Below the pieces are notes generated by a model. The model saw only the letters and a program-made list of their open reading frames with translations. It was not told where the DNA came from and searched no databases. DNA of 62,145 nt from an uncultured Bacilli bacterium. Lineage in GTDB: Bacteria; Bacillota_I; Bacilli_A; RF39; UBA660. Positions 1-10,036 of this stretch are shown here, in pieces (position 1 is the first letter of the stretch; each line of letters begins with the position of its first letter). The stretch lies in contig CANROK010000002.1 of the NCBI GenBank assembly GCA_947632205.1, positions 1 through 62,145 of the forward strand. The letters are read 5' to 3'. Position numbers and translations under genes: made by a program.

Positions 1-104
1 AAAGTTTAAAAAAATCGCCTTAGTAGACGATTATCTTATTTTGTAATTTTTAGTCATTATGTATTGACAAAAATCATTTTTGGCAAATTCGGAGTTCATT
101 CCGA

Positions 105-148
105 AAAAGTCAAAAATTGGCAAATTCGGAATATACTCCGGATTTGCC
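105..148 (-). terminator. putative intrinsic terminator after spoVT
   Basis: Inverted repeat GGCAAATTCGGA / TCCGGATTTGCC at 119-148 is followed on the minus strand by a T-rich run, immediately 3' of the spoVT stop. Confidence 0.45.
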
Positions 149-154
149 ATAGCA

Positions 155-661
155 TTATATATCTAATTTTTGTATTAATAGTTTTTGAATTAACTTTGCA
201 TATTTTAAATTTTCATTACTATTATTTTTACTAAATACAATAACTAAGCCACTAGAATCTATAGAAGTAATAATTGGTAATATAACAAAATAACCTGTTT
301 TATCAAATAAATTATCTTCTTTATCACTAATTAAATTTTCTCTATTATCAATTAAACTTTTTAATTTATCATTTAGTTTATAATCTATTAAATTTAAATT
401 ACTGGCATCAGTTGCAATTACTTTTTCTCTATCAGTTATTATGACATCTACTCCACATATTTGGTTAAATATCTCACATAAAATTGCACTAATATTCTTT
501 ATATTTTCAACTTGGGAATATTTCTTAATTATAATGGAATTATCACTAGTATATATTTCTAATGGTTCACCATCTCTTATACCTAAGTTATATCTTATTT
601 CTTTGGGAACTACAATTCTTCCTAATTCATCAATTCTTCTAGTAATTCCACTTTTAATCAT
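155..661 (-). CDS. spoVT: stage V sporulation regulator SpoVT (AbrB-type N-domain plus GAF-like C-domain)
   Basis: N-terminus GITRRIDELGRIVVPKEIRYNLGIRDGEPLEIY is the AbrB/SpoVT signature. The 168 aa length and the position just downstream of mfd match pth-mfd-spoVT synteny in B. subtilis. Confidence 0.85.
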   Translation of the reverse strand: MIKSGITRRIDELGRIVVPKEIRYNLGIRDGEPLEIYTSDNSIIIKKYSQVENIKNISAILCEIFNQICGVDVIITDREKVIATDASNLNLIDYKLNDKLKSLIDNRENLISDKEDNLFDKTGYFVILPIITSIDSSGLVIVFSKNNSNENLKYAKLIQKLLIQKLDI

Positions 662-710
662 ATACTACACACTCCTTTTTATAGTGTGAGTAATATTTTA
701 AGATTTATTC

Positions 711-3700
711 TTAATTCTTGATGCATTCTTTAATAGCTAATAACAATTTAACTAAATAATAAACATAGTGTTTATCCAAGTTATTATAAAGTAAACTAAT
801 TATAATTTGTTTATTATGATATTTTATATTGAATCTATTAGATATACTCATTGTTTCTAATAATAATTTATCACCAGCAATAGTACTTGATAATTCTTCA
901 GGAAGAGTGATATCTATCGTCCGATTATTTTTATCAACTTCTTTAATATTTAATTCTTCACACATATTAGTAAACCATTCTTCATACATATATATTTCCA
1001 TGTCTTCATCGATTTTACCAAAACGATCTTCTAATTCTTCTTTAACTAAATTTAATTTTTCTAATGAATCAATTTCATTAATTTTTTGGTGAATTTCAAT
1101 CTTAATATCTTCATCTGCTACATAATCATCTTTAATATGCGTAGCTACTTCAATTAAGTTTTTATTAGATAAATCTTCTTCTTTTACTTCTTCACCTTTA
1201 GCTTTAGCCATTTCATCTTCAATTAATTTCATATAATAAGATAGGCCTACGGCATCAACAAAACCAGCTTGATTACTGCCAAAGATATCACCAGCCCCAC
1301 GAATAGATAAATCACGCATAGCAATTTTATAACCACTACCTAAGGCCGTAAATTCTTTAATAGCTTGTAATCTTTTTATCGCTATCTCATTTAACATTTT
1401 CTTTTTATCATAAAGAAGATAGGCATAAGCAACTTTATCACTTCTTCCAACTCGACCTCTTATTTGATATAGTTGGGATAAGCCAAAGTTATCTGCATCA
1501 TAAACAATTAAAGTATTAGCATTAGCTATATCAATACCATTCTCAATAATTGTTGTACAAATTAATATATCATATTCATAATTAACAAATGCCTCCATGA
1601 TATTTTCAAGTTCTTCTTTAGCCATTTTTCCATGAGCATAACATATTCTTGCTTCTTTAACTAAAGATTTAATTTTATCTACTAAACTCTCTAGTTTTTC
1701 TACTCTATTATAAAGAATAAATACTTGACCTTTTCTTCCAAGTTCTTTATAGATAGCATCTTTTACGAGTAAATCATCCTCTTCAATTACATAAGTTTGA
1801 ACAGGATATCTATTAACTGGCGGTGTATCAATTATCGATAAATCTCTTAAACCGGATAAAGCCATCTTTAATGTTCTTGGTATGGGAGTTGCTGATAAAG
1901 TTAAGACATTAACATCATTTTTTAATTCTTTTATTTTTTCTTTATGTTTAACGCCAAATCTTTGTTCTTCATCTACAACAAGTAAACCAAGTTTACTTGG
2001 CCTTATATCATCACTTAAAATCCGATGAGTTCCAACTAAGATATCAATTGTTCCTTTACTTAATTTATCTAAGATTTCTTTAGTTTCTTTTGGTGAAGTA
2101 AATCTATTTAATAACCTTATTTCCACAGGTACATCTTTAAATCTTTCCTTAATAACATTATATTGTTGTTTAGATAAAATTGTTGTAGGACATAAATACA
2201 TAACTTGCATATTATTAATAACTGTTTTAAATATTGCTCGCATGGCAACTTCTGTTTTACCAAAGCCAACATCACCACATAATAATCTATCCATAGGTCT
2301 TACTTTATTTAAATCTTTACAAATTTCATATATGGCCTTCGTTTGATCACGAGTTTCCGTATAAGCAAATGAACTAGCAAATACCGCTTCTTCTTCATAA
2401 TCTTTATATGGTATACCTTTTATTTCTGCTCTTTTAGCATATAATGCCAGTAATTCTTTAGAAATATCTTTGGCTTTACTTTTAATATAATTTTTCGTTT
2501 TATTCCAATTAGGTGAGTTAAGTTTATTTATCTTCGGAGCTACTCCATCTTTACTACTATACTTATAAATATTATTTATTTTTTCAACTGGAATATAGAT
2601 TTTATCATTATCTTCATATAATAATTGAATATAATCTTTTGCAATACCTTCTCTAGTTAAAGTTACTAAACCATTATAAATACCAATACCATGCATAGGA
2701 TGAACAATATAATCACCTTTTTCTAAATCATTATAATTTTTTATTTTCATTCCAATATGCAAATTATTTCGATATTTATTTTGAATTGTCACATGTACTC
2801 CAATATCGTGTTCTGATATGCAAACAAGATTATCAATAATAAATCCTTTACTTATTTCTTTATTAATAATATTAGCATTTGGTATTAATTCTTTAATTAT
2901 TTTAATTTCACTTACTTTAGATAAATAGAAATATACTTTTTTATTTTCTTTTAGCCATTTATAATAATTATTCTTTAATAATTCAAAATCTTCATTAAAA
3001 GGTGTTATTTCCATAGCAGTTATATCACTTTTATTTGTTATAGTATCGATGTATAATTCATAATTTGGATTTATTTCTTCAAAATCATACATATATTTTT
3101 CTTGAATATTCTTTTCTAAATTATATTCATTTATCTCATCAAGTAACTTTTTATATGCAACGTCTATTTGATTTTTATTTAAATAAACTACTATTCCATC
3201 ATTAGAATAATCGTATAAACTACTATTAGATGTTGTTTTAATTTCATTAAAAGGTAATATTTCTATTTTATTTATTTCATTCGTAGTTCTTTGCGTATTT
3301 TCATCAAAATATCTAATACTTTCAATTGTATTACCAAAAAATTCAATTCTAATTGGATGTACTTCATTTATTACATAAATATCAATTATAAATCCTCTTA
3401 ACGAATATTCTCCAGATGTTGTAACCAGTGATTCATGATTATAACCATAATTTTCTAATTTTTCAATTAAGTTATTTCTATTAATATCCATTCCTTTAAC
3501 CAAAGAAATACTATTTATTTCATTTTTATTTGGTAAATATTTTAAAAATCCCATTAAATTAGTAACAATTATTTCCTTTTTATGTTTTAAATTTTCTAAT
3601 ACATTTAATCTTCCTAAAGTAAATTCTGGAGATGCTGCTACAACTTTTGATGTAATAAAATCATCCATTAAAAATATATCTGTATTATCATTATGAAGTT

Positions 3701-3866
3701 TAATAATATTATATAATTTATTACTTTCATATAAATTACTTGTAACTAAAATAATATTTCTATTCTCTTTTTTAAATACTTCATCAACGTAAAAAGCGAT
3801 TAACTCATCAGTTAACCCATATGTTATACTTTTATTTTTAAAATTAAAATAAGAATCTAAATTCAT
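711..3866 (-). CDS. mfd: transcription-repair coupling factor Mfd
   Basis: 1051 aa. Superfamily-2 helicase motifs GDVGFGKTEVA, DEEQRFG and QLYQIRGRVGRS, plus a CarD-like domain (GDYIVHPMHGIG). Lies next to pth. Confidence 0.95.
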   Translation of the reverse strand: MNLDSYFNFKNKSITYGLTDELIAFYVDEVFKKENRNIILVTSNLYESNKLYNIIKLHNDNTDIFLMDDFITSKVVAASPEFTLGRLNVLENLKHKKEIIVTNLMGFLKYLPNKNEINSISLVKGMDINRNNLIEKLENYGYNHESLVTTSGEYSLRGFIIDIYVINEVHPIRIEFFGNTIESIRYFDENTQRTTNEINKIEILPFNEIKTTSNSSLYDYSNDGIVVYLNKNQIDVAYKKLLDEINEYNLEKNIQEKYMYDFEEINPNYELYIDTITNKSDITAMEITPFNEDFELLKNNYYKWLKENKKVYFYLSKVSEIKIIKELIPNANIINKEISKGFIIDNLVCISEHDIGVHVTIQNKYRNNLHIGMKIKNYNDLEKGDYIVHPMHGIGIYNGLVTLTREGIAKDYIQLLYEDNDKIYIPVEKINNIYKYSSKDGVAPKINKLNSPNWNKTKNYIKSKAKDISKELLALYAKRAEIKGIPYKDYEEEAVFASSFAYTETRDQTKAIYEICKDLNKVRPMDRLLCGDVGFGKTEVAMRAIFKTVINNMQVMYLCPTTILSKQQYNVIKERFKDVPVEIRLLNRFTSPKETKEILDKLSKGTIDILVGTHRILSDDIRPSKLGLLVVDEEQRFGVKHKEKIKELKNDVNVLTLSATPIPRTLKMALSGLRDLSIIDTPPVNRYPVQTYVIEEDDLLVKDAIYKELGRKGQVFILYNRVEKLESLVDKIKSLVKEARICYAHGKMAKEELENIMEAFVNYEYDILICTTIIENGIDIANANTLIVYDADNFGLSQLYQIRGRVGRSDKVAYAYLLYDKKKMLNEIAIKRLQAIKEFTALGSGYKIAMRDLSIRGAGDIFGSNQAGFVDAVGLSYYMKLIEDEMAKAKGEEVKEEDLSNKNLIEVATHIKDDYVADEDIKIEIHQKINEIDSLEKLNLVKEELEDRFGKIDEDMEIYMYEEWFTNMCEELNIKEVDKNNRTIDITLPEELSSTIAGDKLLLETMSISNRFNIKYHNKQIIISLLYNNLDKHYVYYLVKLLLAIKECIKN

Positions 3867-3875
3867 AACATCCTC

Positions 3876-4424
3876 TTAATCTAATTGATTATATTTTTGT
3901 TTAGTATTTTCAAATCCTTCCTTAATAAACATATCTATAACATTATTTAATTTATCATAAATATTATTTATTTTTTCTAGTTCATCATTTGTAAACTTTG
4001 ATAATACATATTTATCTACTGGTATTCTATCACTTTTACCAATTCCTATTTTTAATCTACCAAATTCTTCACTATTTAATTCATTTATAATAGATTTTAT
4101 CCCATTATGTCCTCCAGATGAACTATTATTTTTTAATTTATAAGTTCCTACTTCCATATCTAAATCATCTTGAATTATTAAAATATCCTCAACGGGAATT
4201 TTATAAAAATTGACAAATTTACTTACAGCAAGTCCTGATAAATTCATATATGTTTGGGGTTTGATAAATATAACTTCATTATTATCTTCTATATAATAAC
4301 TACTTTCCATTTTACTTTTCCATTTTACTTTTCCTAAATAATTATCTAAAACCATAAAACCCATATTATGTCTTGTTTTTTTATATTCTCTACCTGGATT
4401 TCCTAAACCAACAACTAGTTTCAT
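3876..4424 (-). CDS. pth: peptidyl-tRNA hydrolase
   Basis: MKLVVGLGNPGREYKKTRHNMGF and GGHNGIKSI motifs, 182 aa. Confidence 0.95.
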   Translation of the reverse strand: MKLVVGLGNPGREYKKTRHNMGFMVLDNYLGKVKWKSKMESSYYIEDNNEVIFIKPQTYMNLSGLAVSKFVNFYKIPVEDILIIQDDLDMEVGTYKLKNNSSSGGHNGIKSIINELNSEEFGRLKIGIGKSDRIPVDKYVLSKFTNDELEKINNIYDKLNNVIDMFIKEGFENTKQKYNQLD

Positions 4425-5137
4425 AACTCCTCCTTAAACATATCTTGATATGTCCGTCTTCCCTCTATATTATATATTTTACTTATTTTAACTCCTAAGT
4501 TAGCACACTTAATACATCTTATTAAACATATATATGGAGATAAATTTTCCTTAGTTTGAATTAAACAAATATTTTTAACATTTAAATTATATTTATTGGC
4601 ATATATTATAATTTCATCTAATCTATTAATGCGATGAACTAAATAAAATTCTCCTTTATTATTAAGATTACTAGAAGCAATAAAAAATATATCTTCTAAA
4701 GTTATTTTTATTTCGTGTCTTGATATAGCCAAATATTCTTTTTCATTAATATAATTTAAATTTTCCACTTTAAAATATGGTGGATTGCAAGTTATTATAT
4801 CATATTTTTCATTAAAAGTGTAATTAGCAATATTCTTTATATCAGCATTAAATACTTTTATTTGTTTATCTTTATTATTATAATTAATGCTTTCTTTTGC
4901 TAAATTATATATGTCATCTTGAATTTCAAAGCCAGTAATAGGTACTTTAGTTTTAGTAGATAAAATTAATGGCACAACAGCATTACCTGTACATAAATCT
5001 AATATTTTTTTAGTTCTATTTGTTATCTTTACATATTCTGCTAATAAGATAGAATCAATGGAAAATTTAAAACCATCTGAATATTGATAAATTTTTAAAT
5101 CATAATCATATAAGTCATTTAATACTTTATTGTTCAT
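4421..5137 (-). CDS. SAM-dependent N6-adenine methyltransferase, YabB/TrmN6-like
   Basis: SAM-binding LDLCTGNA motif and catalytic NPPY (CNPPYF). Sits after ricT as yabB does in Bacillus. Confidence 0.7.
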   Translation of the reverse strand: MNNKVLNDLYDYDLKIYQYSDGFKFSIDSILLAEYVKITNRTKKILDLCTGNAVVPLILSTKTKVPITGFEIQDDIYNLAKESINYNNKDKQIKVFNADIKNIANYTFNEKYDIITCNPPYFKVENLNYINEKEYLAISRHEIKITLEDIFFIASSNLNNKGEFYLVHRINRLDEIIIYANKYNLNVKNICLIQTKENLSPYICLIRCIKCANLGVKISKIYNIEGRRTYQDMFKEEL

Positions 5138-5903
5138 TATTATCTATTTCTACTTCTTCTTTATTACTTCCTACTAAAACTTTACATTTTCTATTTAATA
5201 TATCAACACTTACAACTTCGCCTTCCCCATTTTTTGTCTTAATTACGTCTCCTATTGAAGGCATACCTTGACTACATTCTAAATAATTTTCATCTTCATA
5301 TTGTAAACAACATAATAAACGGCCACATAAACCATTTATTTTAGATGGATTCAATGCTAAATTTTGATTCTTAGCCATATTCATTGAAATAGTATCTATA
5401 TGATTTAAAAATCTTGAACAGCATATTGTTTGGCCACAAACACCAACACCACCAACTTTTTTGGCTTTATCTCTAACTCCAATTTGTCTAAGTTCAATTC
5501 TTGTGTGATAAATAGATGCTAATTTCTTAGCAAGTTCTCTAAAGTCTATTCTCTCATCTGCTAAAAATCCGAATAAAAGTTGGGTTTTATCAAAATTAAA
5601 ATCAGCACTTATAACTGTCATATTTAATTCTAATTTTTTAACTAATTCCCTGCATTTTTCTAATGCTAGTTTATTTTCCTTTAATAATTCTAAATAGTAT
5701 TCTTTATCTTCCAAATTTGCAATTTTAATTATTTTTTTATATTTTGATTCATCTATTTTACCATCTAAACATTCGATAATTTTACCATATTGTAAACCAT
5801 TTTCTGTTTCCACAATAACATTACTATTTATTTCATAATTATTTTCGCCAAGAAAATGATATTTTTTACCATGGTCTTTAAATATAACGCTATAAAGTTT
5901 CAT
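5127..5903 (-). CDS. ricT: PSP1-domain protein RicT/YaaT (stage 0 sporulation / RNase Y regulator)
   Basis: Cys-rich PSP1 core (GVCGQTICCSRFL, GLCGRLLCCLQYE). holB-yaaT synteny. Confidence 0.8.
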   Translation of the reverse strand: MKLYSVIFKDHGKKYHFLGENNYEINSNVIVETENGLQYGKIIECLDGKIDESKYKKIIKIANLEDKEYYLELLKENKLALEKCRELVKKLELNMTVISADFNFDKTQLLFGFLADERIDFRELAKKLASIYHTRIELRQIGVRDKAKKVGGVGVCGQTICCSRFLNHIDTISMNMAKNQNLALNPSKINGLCGRLLCCLQYEDENYLECSQGMPSIGDVIKTKNGEGEVVSVDILNRKCKVLVGSNKEEVEIDNNEQ

Positions 5904-6702
5904 TTAAGGCCTCCACTTCTAATACAAAATCATCTAACAATAATTCCATATTTATATTATAACTTGTTTTTTGAATTGTTTCTATTAATAAGTTAACCTT
6001 ATTTTTTAAATTATTTATATCTAGTATATTTAGAAAAGCAAAATTATTATTATTATTATTATTTAATATCTTATTTTCTAATTTTTGTTTATAGATATTT
6101 AAGATCATTTTAAATATTATAATAAGATCAGCTTTTTCAAAATTTACTAAGTACTCTTTATTATATAATATTAAATCTTTTTTTTCTACTTCTATTTTAT
6201 ATAAATATTCTTTTATTAAATCCAAATATTCATTATATTTTTCTTCATTAATATTTAAATCTTCATATTCATTATTAGAAAAATTAACTTTCAATGTTTG
6301 ACATCTACTTTTTATTGTTAAAAGAACATTATCTTCATTGTTTGTAATAAAAAAGCCAATTACATTACCTTCTGGTTCTTCTAAAAATTTTAACATAGTA
6401 TTGGCTGATTCTTTGTTCATTTTTTCAGCTTCTTTAATTATATATATTGATTCTTTTGTATATTGTGATTCTTTAGAAAAAATTTTTTTTAATTCCATTA
6501 TTTGTTCTTTTTTAATAAAACTTCCATCCGGAGATATTACTTTCAAACTTGGTAAATTATTTATATCAATTAAATGACACAAAGAACATTTGTTACAATT
6601 AAAAGAAAATTCATTAACACAAAAAATGTTCTTTATAACATTTAAAAGAACTTTATAACATTGTTCACTATTATTAGTCGAAATTAAATAAGCATGAGCC
6701 AA
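5890..6702 (-). CDS. holB: DNA polymerase III delta-prime subunit
   Basis: HAYL motif, NTMLKFLEEP and TIKSRCQ motifs of clamp-loader delta-prime. The tracked TTG start is probably too far downstream. The frame stays open to 6762, just after the bofA stop, behind an AGGAGG. Confidence 0.75.
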   Translation of the reverse strand: MAHAYLISTNNSEQCYKVLLNVIKNIFCVNEFSFNCNKCSLCHLIDINNLPSLKVISPDGSFIKKEQIMELKKIFSKESQYTKESIYIIKEAEKMNKESANTMLKFLEEPEGNVIGFFITNNEDNVLLTIKSRCQTLKVNFSNNEYEDLNINEEKYNEYLDLIKEYLYKIEVEKKDLILYNKEYLVNFEKADLIIIFKMILNIYKQKLENKILNNNNNNNFAFLNILDINNLKNKVNLLIETIQKTSYNINMELLLDDFVLEVEALNETL

Positions 6703-6762
6703 TTTATTTTCTTTATAATATGAAATTAAATTTTCTAATTTTGAATCCTTAATAATACCCTC

Positions 6763-6951
6763 CTAATTTGTTAAATGGAGAATAGTAAATAACGCTAATA
6801 AACCGGGAGTACCCAAAATAGCTGTCAAACTTATCGTTATAATATTGATTGGTAAATACACTCCTACATTATTTAACATTATGTCAATTCCATACAATAA
6901 GCCAATAGCAAATATTACCTTTTTTAATGTGCTTTTTATTATATTTTTCAA
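6763..6951 (-). CDS. bofA: BofA-family pro-sigma-K processing inhibitor (small membrane protein)
   Basis: Two TM segments. YLPINIITISLTAILGTPGLLALF resembles the B. subtilis BofA C-terminal HVPINLVTTAISGILGIPG motif (recalled from memory). The position after recR matches recR-yaaL-bofA. Confidence 0.65.
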   Translation of the reverse strand: MKNIIKSTLKKVIFAIGLLYGIDIMLNNVGVYLPINIITISLTAILGTPGLLALFTILHLTN

Positions 6952-6992
6952 CTTTAATCACCTTAAAAAATAATATGACTATTTTAAAAACT

Positions 6993-7595
6993 TTATTCTG
7001 AAATTATTTTTCTATCCTCTAACGCTTTATCTAAAGTTATTATGTCTAAATAATCTATTTCGGCACCTATTGGTAACCCATATGATAATCTAGATATTTT
7101 AACATTTTTATTTTCAAATATCTTTTTTATATACATTGTTGTTGTTTCCCCTTCAATTGAAGATTTTAATGCTAAGATAATTTCCGGGTTCTCTAACTTT
7201 TCAATTCTTTTAACTAATGAAGAAATATTAATATCTTCTGGACCAATTCCATCAATTGGTGAAATTAAACCATTTAAAACATGATATACTCCATTATATC
7301 TACCAACTTTTTCAATCGAAAAAACACTTTTATAATCCTCAATTACACATATTAAATTTTGATTTCTAGATGTATTAGAACATATGTCACAAATATCTGT
7401 TTCGCTTATATGTCCGCATATTTTACATGGTTTTAATTTATTTTTTGAATCTACTAATACTTTGGCAAAATCTTCAATTTCTTCTGTTTTAAAGTTTAAC
7501 ATTGCTAAAGCCATTCTTTCAGCTGACTTTTCCCCAATAGTTGGAAATTTTTTAAAATAATTAATTAATTTTTGCAATAAATCTGGATATATCAT
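6993..7595 (-). CDS. recR: recombination protein RecR
   Basis: HhH N-terminus, C4 zinc finger (CKICGH...CDIC) and Toprim domain. dnaX-ybaB-recR synteny. Confidence 0.95.
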   Translation of the reverse strand: MIYPDLLQKLINYFKKFPTIGEKSAERMALAMLNFKTEEIEDFAKVLVDSKNKLKPCKICGHISETDICDICSNTSRNQNLICVIEDYKSVFSIEKVGRYNGVYHVLNGLISPIDGIGPEDINISSLVKRIEKLENPEIILALKSSIEGETTTMYIKKIFENKNVKISRLSYGLPIGAEIDYLDIITLDKALEDRKIISE

Positions 7596-7596
7596 A

Positions 7597-7905
7597 TTAC
7601 ATTAAACCATCTAAAGCACCAGCATATTGACCTAATTTATCAGCCATTGCTTCATTTATTTTAATAAATGCATCCTTAGTAGCAATAGTAATCATATCTT
7701 CTAAAACTTCTTTATCAGCTTCAGTTATATTTCCAGTTTTTACAATTTTTACTGATTTTAATACTCTACCACCCGTAAATACCATTTCTACCCATTCAGA
7801 TTTTCCTGTAAATTCCATTTTTTCCAATTCTTCTTTTTTAGCTGTTATTTCTCTTTGCATTCTTTGCGCTTGCGCCATTAAATTTTGCATATTCATTTCT
7901 ATCAC
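7597..7905 (-). CDS. ybaB: nucleoid-associated protein YbaB/EbfC
   Basis: 102 aa. MQNLMAQAQRMQ start typical of the family. Lies between dnaX and recR. Confidence 0.9.
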   Translation of the reverse strand: MIEMNMQNLMAQAQRMQREITAKKEELEKMEFTGKSEWVEMVFTGGRVLKSVKIVKTGNITEADKEVLEDMITIATKDAFIKINEAMADKLGQYAGALDGLM

Positions 7906-7914
7906 CTCCTATTA

Positions 7915-9468
7915 TTATATAATCTCTACCTTAGAAACGTCAAACACTTCATTAATTTTTGGTAAATCTTCTTTTACATTTTCATTATCAAGATTTTCAT
8001 TTATATACTCATATTTAACGTTATTTTTTATATTTTTTATATATTTTTCTTTTTCCAAATTCCATTCTTCATTAGTCAAAAATATCATTTTATATTTTTT
8101 TTGAACAATTTTTGCAAATAATTTTTCAATATTTAACAACTCTTTATTAGCATTATTAACGTTATGAGAATTAAAACATGTTAATATCAAATTTGTTTCC
8201 GATGAAGCCACTACTGTACTATCTGACAATAATGTTCTTATTTTTCCTTCAATTTTATCATCATCCAAAATATTTGTTAATTCTTTTTTAGCAATTTCTA
8301 AGCTACTTTTTTTAGCATTTACAAAACAGTTATTAATTCTTATTTTTTTTAATTCATCATTATTTATATTTAAATCTTTTTCTTCTGCATTAGCATTCTG
8401 TTGGACAATTTCTTCTTTAATTATTTTCTCATCTTTAATTATATTATTATCAAAGTATTTTAATAAAATCATTTCTAAAATAGTAAAACTATTAACATTA
8501 ATACTTATTTTAAGTAAACTATCAGATAATTCTAAAATTAAATTTTTACAATCTTCAAATGTTAAATGATGAATTTTGCCTGTTTTTTTTATTTGTAGGG
8601 CCTTTTTACTAATATAATCAATAATATTTTTTACAAGATTTTTATAATTAACTGCCCGATTTTCTAATTCTTTATACTTTATTAAAAATTGTTCAATATC
8701 ATTATTCTCAATTGTATCAATTAATTTTTTTATAGTTCGTTGTGATACTGTTTTAATTTCATTTTCAATTAAATCCAATGTTATCTCACTACCATTTTTC
8801 GATAATTGATCTAATAAACTTAAAGCATCACGCATTCCACCCTCAGATAGATAAGCAATTTCTGAAACTGCCTCGGAAGTAATTTTTATGCTTTCTTTTT
8901 GACATATATTATTGATTTCCTTTTCTATTTCTTCTATTTTTATTTTTTGAAAATCAAATCTTTGACATCGTGAAAGAATTGTGATTGGAATACTTTCAAC
9001 ATTGGTTGTAGCTAAAATAAATATTACATGGGCTGGTGGTTCTTCTAAAGTTAATAGTAAAGCATTAAATGCTTCATCAGTTAACATATGGGCTTCGTCT
9101 ACAATGTATACCTTATATTTCCCATTAGTTGGAGTATATTTAACATTATCAATTATTGTTCGTACTTCGTTTACACCTCTATTTGAAGCTGCATCAATTT
9201 CTACTATATCAGGATTATCTTTAAAATTAAGACAAAATTCACATTTACCACATGGAGAGCCATTTTCTGGATTCAAGCAATTTACTGCTTTAGCTAAAAT
9301 CTTTGCGGTTGAAGTTTTCCCTGTACCACGTGATCCAGAAAATAGATAGGCATGAGAAATTGTCTTATTTATTATTGAATTTTTTAATATTGTAATTATA
9401 TAATCTTGACCAACTACGTTTTCAAAGCTATCTGGTCGATATTTCCGATATAGTACTTTATAATTCAT
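7915..9468 (-). CDS. dnaX: DNA polymerase III subunit gamma/tau
   Basis: Walker A GSRGTGKTS, zinc module CGKCEFC, Walker B VYIVDEAHML and SRCQRF. Confidence 0.95.
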   Translation of the reverse strand: MNYKVLYRKYRPDSFENVVGQDYIITILKNSIINKTISHAYLFSGSRGTGKTSTAKILAKAVNCLNPENGSPCGKCEFCLNFKDNPDIVEIDAASNRGVNEVRTIIDNVKYTPTNGKYKVYIVDEAHMLTDEAFNALLLTLEEPPAHVIFILATTNVESIPITILSRCQRFDFQKIKIEEIEKEINNICQKESIKITSEAVSEIAYLSEGGMRDALSLLDQLSKNGSEITLDLIENEIKTVSQRTIKKLIDTIENNDIEQFLIKYKELENRAVNYKNLVKNIIDYISKKALQIKKTGKIHHLTFEDCKNLILELSDSLLKISINVNSFTILEMILLKYFDNNIIKDEKIIKEEIVQQNANAEEKDLNINNDELKKIRINNCFVNAKKSSLEIAKKELTNILDDDKIEGKIRTLLSDSTVVASSETNLILTCFNSHNVNNANKELLNIEKLFAKIVQKKYKMIFLTNEEWNLEKEKYIKNIKNNVKYEYINENLDNENVKEDLPKINEVFDVSKVEII

Positions 9469-9516
9469 GATGTAATTCCTTTCACAATAAAATTATAACA
9501 TAAAAACACATATAGA

Positions 9517-9936
9517 TTAAGCTTTTAAGCGTAATTTTTCAAAAAAATTTTTTAACATTTTTTCATATTGCTCTTTATCATTATTAAAAACATTTGTTTG
9601 TATTTTTTCTAATTTTCCATTTATATTATTTTTTCTCGATAATAAATAATACACTTTTTCTATTCTAGCTTCTTTAATAATATTTTCACACATTAAACAT
9701 GGTTCTAACGTAACGTACATTTCACAATTATTTAAACGCCAATCCTTTATTTTTTTTGATGCTTTTATTATGGCAATAATTTCGGCATGACCTAGCGGAT
9801 TATTACTTTTTTGACGATTGTTGTAACCTTTAGCGATTATTTTATTATTTTTAACAATTATAGCTCCAACCGGTATTTCATTTAATTTGGCTGCTTTTTC
9901 AGCTTGTTTTATTGCTTCTTTAAAAAAATCATTCAT
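9517..9936 (-). CDS. tadA: tRNA adenosine(34) deaminase TadA
   Basis: CDA zinc motifs HAEI and PCLMC. I place the start at the ATG at 9936 (MNDFFKEAIKQA). The tracked 44-aa N-terminal extension overlaps an SRP RNA gene. Confidence 0.88.
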   Translation of the reverse strand: MNDFFKEAIKQAEKAAKLNEIPVGAIIVKNNKIIAKGYNNRQKSNNPLGHAEIIAIIKASKKIKDWRLNNCEMYVTLEPCLMCENIIKEARIEKVYYLLSRKNNINGKLEKIQTNVFNNDKEQYEKMLKNFFEKLRLKA

Positions 9937-9957
9937 ATATCCTCTTATTGTTTCAAA

Positions 9958-10036
9958 AAAAGCACACACAAATAGGGATTGATGTGGCTGCTGTCTTCCA
10001 ACTCTGACCAGGTTACAATATATTTGTTGTGCCAAC
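9958..10036 (-). ncRNA. ffs: small (4.5S-type) signal recognition particle RNA
   Basis: The minus strand reads GGCACAACAAAUAUAUUGUAACCUGGUCAGAGUUGGAAGACAGCAGCCACAUCAAUCCCUAUUUGUGUGUGC followed by a U-run. It contains the domain IV core CCUGGUCAG...GGAA tetraloop...AGCAGCC. The 5' and 3' ends pair (GCACAACAAAUA / UAUUUGUGUGUGC). A -35 TTGTTA / -10 TAAGAT promoter lies upstream. Confidence 0.8.

Noticed and set aside
441-689. Shadow ORFs on the strand opposite real genes. On the plus strand, opposite minus-strand genes: 441-689, 829-1092, 6338-6577, 8981-9349, 11850-12062, 13330-13536, 13762-13944, 13953-14273, 13993-14175 and 14346-14759. On the minus strand, opposite plus-strand genes: 20724-20909, 20821-21039, 21432-21797, 25888-26394, 26933-27130, 29832-30239, 30435-30671, 33656-34003, 37231-37455, 43473-43661, 44646-44840, 46910-47173, 48143-48340, 48400-48582, 48997-49269, 49969-50211, 52339-52584, 53906-54226 and 60484-60702. 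Also one same-strand alternative-frame ORF at 46666-46866.
   Set aside because: Each lies wholly within a confidently identified gene on the opposite strand or in another frame. Their composition is low-complexity Leu/Ile/Phe/Ser, typical of antisense AT-rich coding DNA, and they lack RBSs.
6043-6066. (ATT)n microsatellite encoding an Asn run inside holB, with similar AAT runs at the 5' ends of the 40334 and 41049 genes, considered as phase-variation tracts
   Set aside because: Trinucleotide repeats keep the reading frame, and poly-Asn is common in extremely AT-rich genomes. The sequence gives no evidence of switching.
9312-9327. parS-like CACGTG-centred sequence inside dnaX (TGTACCACGTGATCCA). 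The CACGTG inside infA (about 57133) was also examined.
   Set aside because: The dnaX sequence has four mismatches to the 16-bp parS consensus and lies in coding sequence that specifies conserved residues. The infA site is likewise only a CACGTG core in coding sequence. Neither is likely to be a functional site.
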